Source: a virus (lineage: Duplodnaviria; Heunggongvirae; Uroviricota; Caudoviricetes). From it: a stretch of 64,000 nucleotides of DNA. Numbering within the stretch: position 1 is the stretch's first letter; each line of letters starts with the position of its first letter. Position numbers and translations under genes: made by a program. The stretch spans positions 21,367 through 85,366 of IMG/VR virus record IMGVR_UViG_3300017992_000015; one strand, 5' to 3'. The notes under the pieces were generated by a model. That model had not been told where the DNA came from and made no database searches. It worked only from the letters and a program-made list of their open reading frames with translations. Shown here piece after piece: positions 27,031 through 36,266 of this stretch.

Positions 27031-28176
27031 TCAGCGCGCAGCTTTGGACTTACGTCGGGACGGCCGCTTCTTTGCGGGGGCTTTCTTTTTGGTCGGCCTT
27101 TTGGCTTTGGCGTTGCCTTTGCCTTTTTTGCCACCGACTTTGGCTTTCTTTTTGGCGGCGGCTTTTTTGGCTTCGGCTTCTTTTTTGGCTTGCGCTTTTT
27201 CGTCGCGCGCCCTTTGTTTGGCATAGGCTTTGTGGCCGAACGCCTTGAACGTGCCCGGCGGGGGCTTCCAACGTTCGCCGCGTTTTCGCCACTCCTTTTC
27301 GGTCAGTACGGGCGAGTTACGGACCTTGATCTCTTCGGCCATGAAGTTGGCGAAGACGGCCCGCGGATCGTTGTCATTGTATTCGACCTGCGCGTCACGA
27401 TACCACGCTTTGCGCGACGCCTCTGCACGCTCCTTCCACTTCTTTTTGAGTTCGCGGAAGTGCTTGTTGCGACGATGTGCGTTCTTGCCGAAGACGGCGT
27501 TGAACCACTTGATCGTCTCTAATGCGCAGATGCAGCAGGAGTAGCGGCTATTCCAATCGCTGCCGACGCCGCGGATGCGTACAACATCGTTGAGTTGCAT
27601 CGCAAGCTGCCAGATCGCCGAAGCCACGTCGCTAACGAGGACGGCCCCCGTCTTTTGGCGTGTCGCTGCGGCTTTCTTCGCACGTAGCAGGCCTTTGGGA
27701 TCATACTTGATCTTCTTAATGCCGGTGTACCAACCGACACTCGTCACAATACAACCCTCCTCCTCCCACTTCGGCCCGTCGTAGCAGTAGCCTTCCGTAG
27801 TCAGATTGCGAGTTTCAATCGTGCCGAGTTTCTTAGCAAGCGCAAGAGCTTCCCACGGATCGGCTCCGCAGTAGCGCTCCGTCTCGCTCACGTCGATGGA
27901 GTCGTCCTTATCCCAATTCGTAGACGGGTCGCCGCTGATTGACTGGTGACGCGGATGCGTTTGCCAGCGATACTCCACGAGCGACATATTGGGATCCGAT
28001 GCCGGGTATTTGGCGTGAATCTGGGCAAGACAATCTTCCCGAGTCTCGCCAAACACCACGTCATCGATCGGCGCGTTGAGCGTTACGCTCTCTTGATCTT
28101 CAGAAAATGGTTTCCACCGCGTGGCGTCCGGCTGTCGCCAGAATCCAAGCAGTTTTAGATCACCACTGGCAGGCAT
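27031..28176 (-). CDS. Hypothetical protein with Lys/Ala-rich C-terminal tail (381 aa)
   Basis: Globular N-terminal region; tail AKKEAEAKKAAAKKKAKVGGKKGKGNAKAKRPTKKKAPAKKRP. Confidence 0.5.
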   Translation of the reverse strand: MPASGDLKLLGFWRQPDATRWKPFSEDQESVTLNAPIDDVVFGETREDCLAQIHAKYPASDPNMSLVEYRWQTHPRHQSISGDPSTNWDKDDSIDVSETERYCGADPWEALALAKKLGTIETRNLTTEGYCYDGPKWEEEGCIVTSVGWYTGIKKIKYDPKGLLRAKKAAATRQKTGAVLVSDVASAIWQLAMQLNDVVRIRGVGSDWNSRYSCCICALETIKWFNAVFGKNAHRRNKHFRELKKKWKERAEASRKAWYRDAQVEYNDNDPRAVFANFMAEEIKVRNSPVLTEKEWRKRGERWKPPPGTFKAFGHKAYAKQRARDEKAQAKKEAEAKKAAAKKKAKVGGKKGKGNAKAKRPTKKKAPAKKRPSRRKSKAAR

Positions 28177-28183
28177 TGCAATA

Positions 28184-28819
28184 TCAACAGATGCCGAGCA
28201 GCTTCACGGAGTTGTCGAGATCGCCGTTGAGCATGTCGACCAGCTTTTGGCCCTCTTTCGTGGACTTGAGCCGGGACTCGGCGACGGCCGCCTTGGCACG
28301 GCGTTCCATCGACGGCAGATCGGCCAGCTTGCGCCGCCATTCGATCCACTGCTTCTTGTTGTCGTCGATCTCCTTGCGCTTCTTCTCGCCGGTCTGGTAG
28401 GCCTTCTTCAGCGCAGCCGTGGCCTTGAAGGACGTACTCACCTCCCAGCGCACACGCGGCTTTTGGGCGTTGAGGCTCATGCTTGCCGCGACCATGTTGT
28501 TGTGGAGCGTGAATCCGCCCGAGTACACTTCCGTGCTGATATTCTTGCACTTCAGCGCAGTGGCCGCTTCGGTGAGGGTCTCGACGGTGTCCTCCATCTT
28601 CTCCTTTGCGAACTCTTCGCAGAGGTCGTTGAAGGCTTCGCGCAGCTCGTCGTGCTCCTTCGTCAGAACCTTTTCACGGTCCTGACAAGCTTTAATGGCC
28701 AGCTTGATGCGCTCTTCAGCGCGGGACATCAAAATGGCCGCGACGTCGTCCTTGTCCATATCCATGGTGACAGTGACGAGGTCAGTGGGAACGAGATCAG
28801 TCTCTGGCTGTTTCGCCAT
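28184..28819 (-). CDS. Hypothetical coiled-coil protein (start at Met35)
   Basis: Track ORF 28184..28921 trimmed to the first Met that reduces the overlap with 28797..29132 to ~23 nt. Confidence 0.45.
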   Translation of the reverse strand: MAKQPETDLVPTDLVTVTMDMDKDDVAAILMSRAEERIKLAIKACQDREKVLTKEHDELREAFNDLCEEFAKEKMEDTVETLTEAATALKCKNISTEVYSGGFTLHNNMVAASMSLNAQKPRVRWEVSTSFKATAALKKAYQTGEKKRKEIDDNKKQWIEWRRKLADLPSMERRAKAAVAESRLKSTKEGQKLVDMLNGDLDNSVKLLGIC

Positions 28820-29132
28820 TGGTTCGTCTCCCGGCGGGCTTGTACCTCTGCTGGTACCAGTCCCACCAAATCTTTTTGTCTCTAACGAATTCGGTGGCGT
28901 CCATAGCCGCTGCGATGCCACGGCTGCCTACCACCATTATTTTTGTAGTGCCTCTGCCACGAATCGCGCGATCTGAGACTACGACGTATTCGGACGCCGC
29001 CTCGCGCGGACAGAAGCGAAAGTAGATGACTGACCCCAGCTTCAACTCATGCCCGTCGAATGTGACCACCTTCTCGTTCGGGAGTTTCGTCAACTCCACG
29101 TCCGGACAATGATCCACTGGAATATGGTGCAT
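28797..29132 (-). CDS. Hypothetical protein (111 aa; start at Met13)
   Basis: AAGGAG SD 6 nt upstream of ATG at 29132; first gene of leftward operon. Confidence 0.45.
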   Translation of the reverse strand: MHHIPVDHCPDVELTKLPNEKVVTFDGHELKLGSVIYFRFCPREAASEYVVVSDRAIRGRGTTKIMVVGSRGIAAAMDATEFVRDKKIWWDWYQQRYKPAGRRTNGETARD

Positions 29133-29151
29133 GGTAGCTCTCCTTGGGGGT

Positions 29152-29166
29152 GCTTGCATTGCAAGC
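29152..29166. promoter_or_regulatory. Perfect 7-1-7 palindrome GCTTGCATTGCAAGC in divergent promoter region; operator candidate
   Basis: 20 nt upstream of leftward gene start and 30 nt upstream of -35 of rightward promoter. Confidence 0.4.
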
Positions 29167-29195
29167 AAAATTGTCAGATTTTTTCAGGTAAGACA

Positions 29196-29225
29196 CTTGA
29201 CACACGATCGACAGATCTGGTAGAC
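29196..29225 (+). promoter_or_regulatory. Strong sigma70-like promoter (-35 TTGACA, 18-nt spacer, -10 TAGACT) for rightward early operon
   Basis: TTGACAcacgatcgacagatctggTAGACT about 50 nt upstream of ATG at ~29278; GAGGA SD follows. Confidence 0.55.
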
Positions 29226-29277
29226 TCACATGATATCGCAAGTCGTAACAGATGCATCTTCAACACGAGGACAATCA

Positions 29278-30390
29278 ATGGCTAGCTCGAAGACGGCTGA
29301 AGCACGCGAAAAGCTTGCGCAGCTGCAAACCCTCGCTGACATGAGCGAGGACGAGAAGATCCGCGAAATCCGCAAACTCGAACGGAAGCTCGCTTCTGCC
29401 AACGCGGCCAAAAAGGACGCGGAGAAGAAGTACAAGCAGGCCGAGGCGGACTTGCAGGTCTCCGAGGACAACTGCGAAAGGCTCCTGGCCTCGCAGGACC
29501 AGGCGACGCTCCGAAAGCTGGAGCGGAGTCGTAAACGCAAGGGACGCGGCAAAGCGTCCGCCATCATCTGTGTCAACGATTGGCACCTTGAAGAGGTCGT
29601 CGACCCGAAAATGGTTAACGGGGTCAACGAGTTCAACGAGCGTGTTGCTAATCGGCGCATTGCTACTACCTGGCAAAAGTCGCTCTACCTTCTCGACTTC
29701 GCTCGCTCGATTGCGAATATCAACGAAGTCGTCTTATGGGCCGGCGGTGACATGATCACTGGTTACATCCATGAAGAGCTCATGGAGGGCAACCGTAAGG
29801 GCCCGGCCGAAGCCTCGATCGAAGTGCAAAACCACCTGATCCAGGGTATCGACCTCCTTAAGCGGGAATCCAAAGCTGACCACGTGTTGTTCACGACCAG
29901 CTTGGGCAATCACGGGCGCTCCACCAAGGATCGCCGCATCGCCACTGAGCCCCGCAGTTCTTGGGAGTGGTTGATCTACAACAACGTCGCCAATTTCTTC
30001 CGCGACGACGACAAGGTCCAGTGCAAACTGGAGCCTGGGTATCACAACATTTTGCCCGTTCAAGGGCACACTGTTCGATTCCACCACGGCCACGCCATCA
30101 AGTACGGCGGCGGGATCGGTGGTGTCCACGTGCCTCTGCGCCGGAAGATCGCGCAGTGGAACGAGCCGCCGGCGACGCCCGCTGAGCTCGACGTGATGGG
30201 GCACTTCCACCAGTACGGCTGTGACTGGAACTATGTCCTGTGTGGCTGCCTGATCGGCATCAGTCCGTACGCCAAACGCGGCGGATTCAAAGCCCAGCCG
30301 CCCACGCAGACGTTCATAGTTATAGACTACGAACACGGCATGACGATGTCCATGCCAATTTTCTGTGATGACAAGCCCACGAAGAGCTGA
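29278..30390 (+). CDS. Calcineurin-like metallophosphoesterase with N-terminal coiled coil
   Basis: Motifs ICVNDWHLEE (D-x-H), WAGGDMITG (GD), SLGNHG (GNH), FHHGH, MGHFH; start MASSKTAEAREKLAQ. Confidence 0.7.
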   Translation: MASSKTAEAREKLAQLQTLADMSEDEKIREIRKLERKLASANAAKKDAEKKYKQAEADLQVSEDNCERLLASQDQATLRKLERSRKRKGRGKASAIICVNDWHLEEVVDPKMVNGVNEFNERVANRRIATTWQKSLYLLDFARSIANINEVVLWAGGDMITGYIHEELMEGNRKGPAEASIEVQNHLIQGIDLLKRESKADHVLFTTSLGNHGRSTKDRRIATEPRSSWEWLIYNNVANFFRDDDKVQCKLEPGYHNILPVQGHTVRFHHGHAIKYGGGIGGVHVPLRRKIAQWNEPPATPAELDVMGHFHQYGCDWNYVLCGCLIGISPYAKRGGFKAQPPTQTFIVIDYEHGMTMSMPIFCDDKPTKS

Positions 30391-30959
30391 TGCGTTTCGA
30401 CGAAGTCTACCTAGATGTTGACGATGTCCTCGCGGACTTCCTACCGGCAGTGCTGCGCCTTCACGGGCGTTCAGACCTGATCGGCACGCTTGAGACGCAC
30501 GACGTGGCGGTACTCGGCAAGACCGACTCGGAGATCTGGACACCGATCGTGGATCAGAAGCACTACTTCTGGGACGAACTCGAGGTACTACCGTGGGCGG
30601 TAGAGTTGTTTCATTTCTGCCGCCAGATCGGGCCAGTGACGTTCCTGACCCGGAATATCTGCAAACCAGAGTTCGGCGGTGCTGACTCTGGCTATGCCGT
30701 GCGAGGCAAGCTCACATGGCTACGACGCGTCTACGGCCAGGAGATCGACGACAGCGACGTGATCTTCACCGGACGCAAGGAGAGCGTGGCCCGCCCTGGT
30801 GCCCTGCTCATCGATGACTCCGAGGGCTACGAACCCAAGTTCCGGGAGCGTGGCGGTCGGCAGATCGTCTTCCCTAAAAGCTGGAATCGGTTCCGTCTAC
30901 GTCGAGACGACCCGATGGACTGTGTGATTGAACAATACGAAGGACTGCTCGAAGAATGA
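30390..30959 (+). CDS. HAD-superfamily 5'(3')-deoxyribonucleotidase-like phosphatase
   Basis: Motif I YLDVDDVLADF (DxDxV...ADF as in NT5C family); ATGA overlap with upstream gene. Confidence 0.6.
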   Translation: MRFDEVYLDVDDVLADFLPAVLRLHGRSDLIGTLETHDVAVLGKTDSEIWTPIVDQKHYFWDELEVLPWAVELFHFCRQIGPVTFLTRNICKPEFGGADSGYAVRGKLTWLRRVYGQEIDDSDVIFTGRKESVARPGALLIDDSEGYEPKFRERGGRQIVFPKSWNRFRLRRDDPMDCVIEQYEGLLEE

Positions 30960-31273
30960 TGACCATTGAGAATCCTGCGCTCTCGCAGGACGTGATCGAC
31001 GCTATCAACAGCGAACTTGAGTACCAAAACTCATTCGCTGATACCGACCGCAGCGACGGCCTGGACCACGGTGTCGTGGGACAGCTTACTACGTTGCGGG
31101 TCTACATGCGCAAGGCCGAGGAGGCCTGGGTGCACGGTGCCGACGAAGAGAAGACGTTGCGGGCGCTGCGTAAGGTTGCAGCGATCGCCTGCCGCGCCAT
31201 GCTGCTCTACGGCGCCCATCCGCGGACGTTTCGTATCGATGCCACTGGGAAGAAGGTTTACAACGACTCATGA
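30956..31273 (+). CDS. Hypothetical all-alpha protein, possibly MazG-like NTP pyrophosphohydrolase
   Basis: Acidic helical motifs ELEYQ...EEAWVHGADEEK; overlaps neighbours by 4 nt on each side. Confidence 0.35.
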   Translation: MMTIENPALSQDVIDAINSELEYQNSFADTDRSDGLDHGVVGQLTTLRVYMRKAEEAWVHGADEEKTLRALRKVAAIACRAMLLYGAHPRTFRIDATGKKVYNDS

Positions 31274-31761
31274 AAATCGCCATTTGTGGGCCAGGGCGCT
31301 GCGGCAAAGACACCGCCATGCAATGGCTCACCGAGAACACGATTCTGACAGATGCTGGCAGTACTAGCGAAGCTGCCGCACCCATGATTTTTGAGCGATT
31401 CGGCAAGACCCTGGGGTACAAAACCGTCCGGGAATGCTGGGAAGATCGCCATAATCACCGGGTACGGTGGGCAAACGCGATCTGGGAGTACAATCAGCCC
31501 TTTGGGATCACGCTGTACGAGGATATGCTGAAGGACAGCGATATTCTCAACGGAATCCGACGGGCGGGAGAACTGCAAGCATTGCTAGAACGGGACATGC
31601 TTGACCTGATCGTCTGGGTCAGCCGTGCCGTCCCCAACGATCCGTCGCTCGAGATGGATCTAGACGTTGCAGACATCGTCATCCCGAACTACGGGACGCT
31701 CGACGAGTTCTACGGGAAATTGGAAAGACTCTCGAAGTCTCTTGGCATACGGAACGGGTAA
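31270..31761 (+). CDS. P-loop nucleotide kinase (putative deoxynucleoside monophosphate kinase)
   Basis: Walker A ICGPGRCGKDT at N-terminus; 163 aa. Confidence 0.55.
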   Translation: MKIAICGPGRCGKDTAMQWLTENTILTDAGSTSEAAAPMIFERFGKTLGYKTVRECWEDRHNHRVRWANAIWEYNQPFGITLYEDMLKDSDILNGIRRAGELQALLERDMLDLIVWVSRAVPNDPSLEMDLDVADIVIPNYGTLDEFYGKLERLSKSLGIRNG

Positions 31762-31762
31762 T

Positions 31763-32341
31763 ATGGACATCGGTCTTGGATGGCTGAGCGACCTCCTGCG
31801 TTGGGCATCTCGGATCTTCCCTCGTGGGCTCCACGTCGACAGGACCCAGATGGGAGTCATGTTCACGCTCGGCAGAGTGAAGGCCATTGGCCCTGGCTTT
31901 CATCTCTACTGGCCACCCATCCAACGACCGGTGGTCCATCCCGTTATCCGTGACACGATCAATCTTGAAGCTCAAACACTGCCGCATGATACCAAAGAAG
32001 CTATCGGACTGACAATATCAGTGACAGTGGTTTTCACAATCGACGACATCGTCAAGGCGCTGGCCCACACGTACGACTTCAACGTCACGATCCGTGATCG
32101 CGCACAAGAGGGCGTCGTCGAATCCGTTATCGGTAAAGACGTCGAGACGTTGATCCGGAAGTTCCGGAGCATCAACAACTCGCTCACCAAAAAGATCCGC
32201 GAGGATTTAGAACCGTTTGGCGTCAACGTGGAGCGCGCATTCATGTCCGACTTCCACCTGACGAACATGCACCGGGTGATCGGTTCAACTGCCGTCATGC
32301 CGTTGCACGAGTATCCTGCTGAAGAACAAGAGGAAGAATAG
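31763..32341 (+). CDS. SPFH/band-7 (stomatin/prohibitin-like) domain protein
   Basis: GPGFHLYWPPIQRPV..V..R...LEAQTL.T.D...I.ISVTVVF.I.D matches SPFH core; start MDIGLGW 1 nt after upstream stop. Confidence 0.5.
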   Translation: MDIGLGWLSDLLRWASRIFPRGLHVDRTQMGVMFTLGRVKAIGPGFHLYWPPIQRPVVHPVIRDTINLEAQTLPHDTKEAIGLTISVTVVFTIDDIVKALAHTYDFNVTIRDRAQEGVVESVIGKDVETLIRKFRSINNSLTKKIREDLEPFGVNVERAFMSDFHLTNMHRVIGSTAVMPLHEYPAEEQEEE

Positions 32342-32343
32342 TC

Positions 32344-32601
32344 ATGGCCAAAGCCACCAAGAAAAACAACAAGGACGCCCTCGCCGCTCTCGCTGCGAAA
32401 CCGCGTCTGGTCACCCCGCGCGTCCTCCAAGGCGAGGAACGCGAGCTGTGGGAAGAGTTCGTCAAGAACTGGTCCGACGGCAAATACCAAGGTCTCTCGA
32501 TGAAGGACCTGTTCGATTGGGCGAAGGAGCATCTCAGCTTCAACTGCTCGATCAGCTGCTTCCGCGGCGAGCTTCTCAAAGCCGCCGGCGTGGAGGAGTA
32601 G
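32344..32601 (+). CDS. Hypothetical protein (85 aa) beginning MAKATKK
   Basis: Last gene of rightward operon; followed by nested hairpins. Confidence 0.45.
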   Translation: MAKATKKNNKDALAALAAKPRLVTPRVLQGEERELWEEFVKNWSDGKYQGLSMKDLFDWAKEHLSFNCSISCFRGELLKAAGVEE

Positions 32602-32610
32602 TTAAAACAA

Positions 32611-32699
32611 CAGGCGGCACGACGAGCAGGATAAAACCCTGTAAACAGGGCCCAAAAGGAACCCGCCGCACCGCCTGTTCGCTCTCCCTTGGCTTTTCG
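32611..32699. terminator. Putative bidirectional terminator between convergent operons (nested stems CAGGCGG/CCGCCTG and CCCTG/CAGGG, then T-rich CTTGGCTTTTCG)
   Basis: Inverted repeats at 32611..32617 / 32671..32677 and 32637..32650. Confidence 0.35.
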
Positions 32700-32707
32700 A
32701 GCGTAAA

Positions 32708-33382
32708 TTACAGTAATCCTTTTGATTGGCCGTATGCCAGCGTCTTGGACGACATCTTGCTGTTCGTGCACACCCAGTTGTACATCCACGACCAGTCGTC
32801 GTCCCAATACGCGGCGAATTGTTCTTCTGTGATTTCCATCGATTCGTCCGTGCAGGCGTCAAGCATACGCAAAACCCGCTCGTAGTCCTCGGAGTGATCG
32901 GTAGGCGGCTCGAGGTCGAACCGTAGTCGGATGAGCTTGCCATCCTTCAGGCGATCAACAGCTTCACACAGCTGCGCCTTCGCCTTCTCGCAGTAGCCAT
33001 CTCTGGCTTCTTGGTAAAGGTCCTTGTGCCGCGCCAGGTTCGCCTGCAGTTTGGTCCGCAGCGCCTCGACGGTGACATTGATCTTGAATCCCAAGGTATC
33101 TCCTGTACTGAAATCAGCCCTCGCAAGCGCTCCGGTGTGGCCGATGACCCCGCCAAGCGTCTCGAAGGCGTAAAACTCGACTTTGTAACGCGGCCCCTGT
33201 ATGTACACATCCCGCGGGACGGTGCCAAAGGGGATCGAAATACCGGCAGGTGCCGGCACCCGGTACGATTCAATCCGGTGTGCCGGCACGCCGTTACCAA
33301 ATAGTCGCCGAGGGTCGATGTTACGACTTTTCCCGACGTTACTTACTGGCGGATTCTTGCTGCTCGACCGATATGAGGTCAT
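32708..33382 (-). CDS. Hypothetical protein (start uncertain; Met9 used)
   Basis: Track ORF 32708..33406 overlaps ligA stop; well-formed C-terminal 200 aa. Confidence 0.4.
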   Translation of the reverse strand: MTSYRSSSKNPPVSNVGKSRNIDPRRLFGNGVPAHRIESYRVPAPAGISIPFGTVPRDVYIQGPRYKVEFYAFETLGGVIGHTGALARADFSTGDTLGFKINVTVEALRTKLQANLARHKDLYQEARDGYCEKAKAQLCEAVDRLKDGKLIRLRFDLEPPTDHSEDYERVLRMLDACTDESMEITEEQFAAYWDDDWSWMYNWVCTNSKMSSKTLAYGQSKGLL

Positions 33383-35462
33383 TGAACTCCGCTTCGTTGA
33401 CGACACGAACGCCCAGGTCCTGGGCCTTCTTCAGTTTGCTGCCGGCTTTTTCGCCGGCGACGAGCATGTCGGTCTTCGCCGAGACCGCGCTGGCGACTGT
33501 ACCGCCGTGTTGCACGATCGTCTCCTTGATGCTTTCGCGAGAGTACCCGACCAGTTTCCCGGTCGCACAGATCTTCATACCGGCGAGCGGCTTCGGAGAT
33601 CCGTCGTCTACTTCGGGCACCGGGTCGTTGACGCCCATGTTGACGCCGTAGTCCCGGAGGCGCTTCAGCAGCTTCAGGTTTTTCTCGCTGTGCATCCACG
33701 TCCAGATCGATCGAGCGGCGGCTTCGCCAACCCCCTCAATCTGGGTATAGTCGTCGATCGACCACAAGGACACCATCACTTGGAAGGGGTCGGCGGGTTC
33801 CTTCAGCTCGGCGCCAGCAGCGCTAGCAGCCTTGCAGATGGCCTCCGACATGGTCCTTCCGACGTGCTTGATGTTCAAAGACGCCAATAATCGCCAGGAA
33901 GGCCGCTCACGCGCCGTTGCGAGGGCTTCGAAGAGCTTGTCGGCTTTCTTCTCGCCCATGCGTGCAAGCCTCAGAACGCTGTCTCTGCGATGCTCAAGCG
34001 TGAAGAGGTCCGAGAGGTCCTCAACCAGCTCTGCCTCCGCCAATTGGGTGGCTAGGGTCTCCCCCAAACCATCTATATCTAGGCGGGACCGGTCAGCGGC
34101 CGATCGGAGCAGGGCGGCGATCTGTGCGGGGCACGAATCACCTGAGCAGCGCAGGAACGGACCATCCTCGATGGCGTCGCTGCCGCAGGACGGGCAGGTA
34201 GCGGGCGGCAGGAACGGCGCGACCGGTCCGGTGCGCTTCTCCTTGACCACACGTACGACGTGCGGAATGATCTTGCCGGCCTTTTCCATGACGATCGAGT
34301 CACCGTGGGCGATGCCCAGGCGCAAGACTTCGTGCCAGTTGTGCAGCGACGCCTTGCCGACCATCGTCTCAGCGATCTCCACCGGTTTGCAGTAAACCAC
34401 CGGCGTCAGCGTGCCCTGCTTGCCTACCTGTACGTCGAAGCGCTCGACCTCGGTTACGGCCTCGTACTTCTCCCACTTGTAGGCCAGCGCCCAGCTCACG
34501 TGCTTCTTGGACTCTTGGCCCATGGCTTCACGATCGCTGAACTTGTCCAGCTTCAGGACGATCCCGTCGACCGGAATGCTCAGTTCTGGCAGCATGGCAA
34601 CCATCTCTGCGACGGTCTTCAGCGCCTTATCCATCGGGGCGGGCAGGCCATAGTGATCTGTGATCGGCATCCCGCAAAGATGAAAGGCAAACAGCGTCTC
34701 GAAGTACGACTCGATATCGACGTCGCCTTCGTACTCACACTTGCCGATGCCGTGCGCCATAAAACGTACACGCCGCTCGTGACAGTCGGCCGGATCGACG
34801 CTACGGATAGCGCCGGACGTGGCGTTGCGGGAGTTGGCGAACGTCTCCTCACCAGCGTTGTTGCGCGCACAGTTGACCTGCGTGAAGTCATCGTGCGTGA
34901 TGAACGCTTCGCCACGGATCTCCAAGAGCTTCGGCAACGGCTTGGGATTCCCCATCACATTGCCTTCCTCGTCGTAGAGACGGTCCAGCTTGAGAGGGAC
35001 GCCGCGCATTGCCTTGGCAGCGTGCGTGATGTCGTCGCCGACTGCACCGTCGCCGCGGGTTATGGCATGGGTGAGTACGCCGTCCTCATAGATCAGATTG
35101 ACAGCGCAACCGTCAATCTTCCATTCGGGCGTCCAGAGCGGCTCGTGGCCGAGCTTCTTCACCACACGCTGATGAAACTTCTTGACCTCATCGAGGTCGA
35201 AGCAGTTGTCGATAGAAAACATGAGCGACGGGTGCTCCATGGACTCGAGGCCCTCAACAGGAGCGCCGCCCACACGTTGGGTCGGGCTATCTGGCAGCGC
35301 CAGATCCGGGAATTCCTGCTCTAGTGCAACCAGTTCCTTGAGGAGCTCGTCGAACACCCTATCCGGGATCGCTGGTTCACCATAGCAATAGTACAACATG
35401 TTGTGCCGATCCACGTCCGCTGACAGTTCAGCGATTCTGGCGGCAGCCGCTTTCTTGTTCAT
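33339..35462 (-). CDS. ligA: NAD+-dependent DNA ligase (LigA) with C-terminal BRCT domain
   Basis: Adenylation motif KIDGCAV, OB/Zn/HhH regions, BRCT ICATGKL...VNEAEF; AGGAGG SD 6 nt upstream of ATG at 35462. Confidence 0.85.
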   Translation of the reverse strand: MNKKAAAARIAELSADVDRHNMLYYCYGEPAIPDRVFDELLKELVALEQEFPDLALPDSPTQRVGGAPVEGLESMEHPSLMFSIDNCFDLDEVKKFHQRVVKKLGHEPLWTPEWKIDGCAVNLIYEDGVLTHAITRGDGAVGDDITHAAKAMRGVPLKLDRLYDEEGNVMGNPKPLPKLLEIRGEAFITHDDFTQVNCARNNAGEETFANSRNATSGAIRSVDPADCHERRVRFMAHGIGKCEYEGDVDIESYFETLFAFHLCGMPITDHYGLPAPMDKALKTVAEMVAMLPELSIPVDGIVLKLDKFSDREAMGQESKKHVSWALAYKWEKYEAVTEVERFDVQVGKQGTLTPVVYCKPVEIAETMVGKASLHNWHEVLRLGIAHGDSIVMEKAGKIIPHVVRVVKEKRTGPVAPFLPPATCPSCGSDAIEDGPFLRCSGDSCPAQIAALLRSAADRSRLDIDGLGETLATQLAEAELVEDLSDLFTLEHRRDSVLRLARMGEKKADKLFEALATARERPSWRLLASLNIKHVGRTMSEAICKAASAAGAELKEPADPFQVMVSLWSIDDYTQIEGVGEAAARSIWTWMHSEKNLKLLKRLRDYGVNMGVNDPVPEVDDGSPKPLAGMKICATGKLVGYSRESIKETIVQHGGTVASAVSAKTDMLVAGEKAGSKLKKAQDLGVRVVNEAEFNDLISVEQQESASK

Positions 35463-35481
35463 GTACATCCTCCTGAAGGGG

Positions 35482-35805
35482 TTAGTCGCCGTCATCCGGC
35501 GGCGCGAGTTTGATCCGTTGCATCTCGAGGAACGGCGTCGGTGCGTCGTCCTCGCCGGTCGCTTCGACCCAGTGCGGACGCTCCACCAGCCATTCGTCGA
35601 TAGTAACGGTCTTGTCATAAGCCGCTCCGTCCAGGCACGCTACCAGGACGTCACGCTTTCCGTCGTAGATCACGGTGCCGATGGGCATCAGCCCGCTGGT
35701 CACCTTGTGATATATGTAGTGCCCAGCAACCAGTTGGAACTGGTCGGGGACCTCGAGTTCAGTCTCCACCACATGGATCTTCTCCTGGTGGACTAGGACC
35801 GGCAT
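35482..35805 (-). CDS. Hypothetical protein (107 aa; start at Met40)
   Basis: Upstream part of track ORF is Arg/Ser-rich shadow. Confidence 0.4.
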   Translation of the reverse strand: MPVLVHQEKIHVVETELEVPDQFQLVAGHYIYHKVTSGLMPIGTVIYDGKRDVLVACLDGAAYDKTVTIDEWLVERPHWVEATGEDDAPTPFLEMQRIKLAPPDDGD

Positions 35806-36037
35806 CTGAATCTTGATCCGGTACAGTTTGTGGCTCCTTATACGTGTCCTTCTTCTCCCGCTCCTGCAGCTTGTCGAACGGGACGATCCCGTCGTGGACA
35901 GCGGCACGCACCTCGCGCTCAAAGCACTCGGCGCAGCGGACGTGTTTAAGGCGAGCGCCTCCAGTGATCGGGTACCAATCCGTGGTCCACTGTCGGCAGT
36001 CCTTGTGTGTGCACTGCCTAAGCTCCTTCTTTGACAT
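35759..36037 (-). CDS. Small Cys-rich zinc-finger-like protein (92 aa)
   Basis: CTHKDC...CAEC pattern. Confidence 0.4.
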   Translation of the reverse strand: MSKKELRQCTHKDCRQWTTDWYPITGGARLKHVRCAECFEREVRAAVHDGIVPFDKLQEREKKDTYKEPQTVPDQDSDAGPSPPGEDPCGGD

Positions 36038-36266
36038 GACGCTCCTCCTTATATTCTTCGAAAAGCGCCTCGATCAGCGCCATGAACCGTTTAACAGGGG
36101 CGCCGGAGAAGTTGAGGAGATCCGGGCGGTTGAACATGATCCACCGGATAGCGGCTGTCCGCTTCTTGGCGTGCATGTTCGTGTCCCAGTACTCCTCCAC
36201 CTTCTCGGCCCCGTGTGAGATGCGGAGGTCAAGGGCTACCTGGATGTCCCAAGGTAGCCCGTTCAT
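36018..36266 (-). CDS. Small hypothetical protein (82 aa; C-terminal part of track ORF 36018..36950)
   Basis: ATGA overlap with upstream 648-aa gene; remainder of track ORF is an Arg-rich shadow frame. Confidence 0.4.
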   Translation of the reverse strand: MNGLPWDIQVALDLRISHGAEKVEEYWDTNMHAKKRTAAIRWIMFNRPDLLNFSGAPVKRFMALIEALFEEYKEERHVKEGA

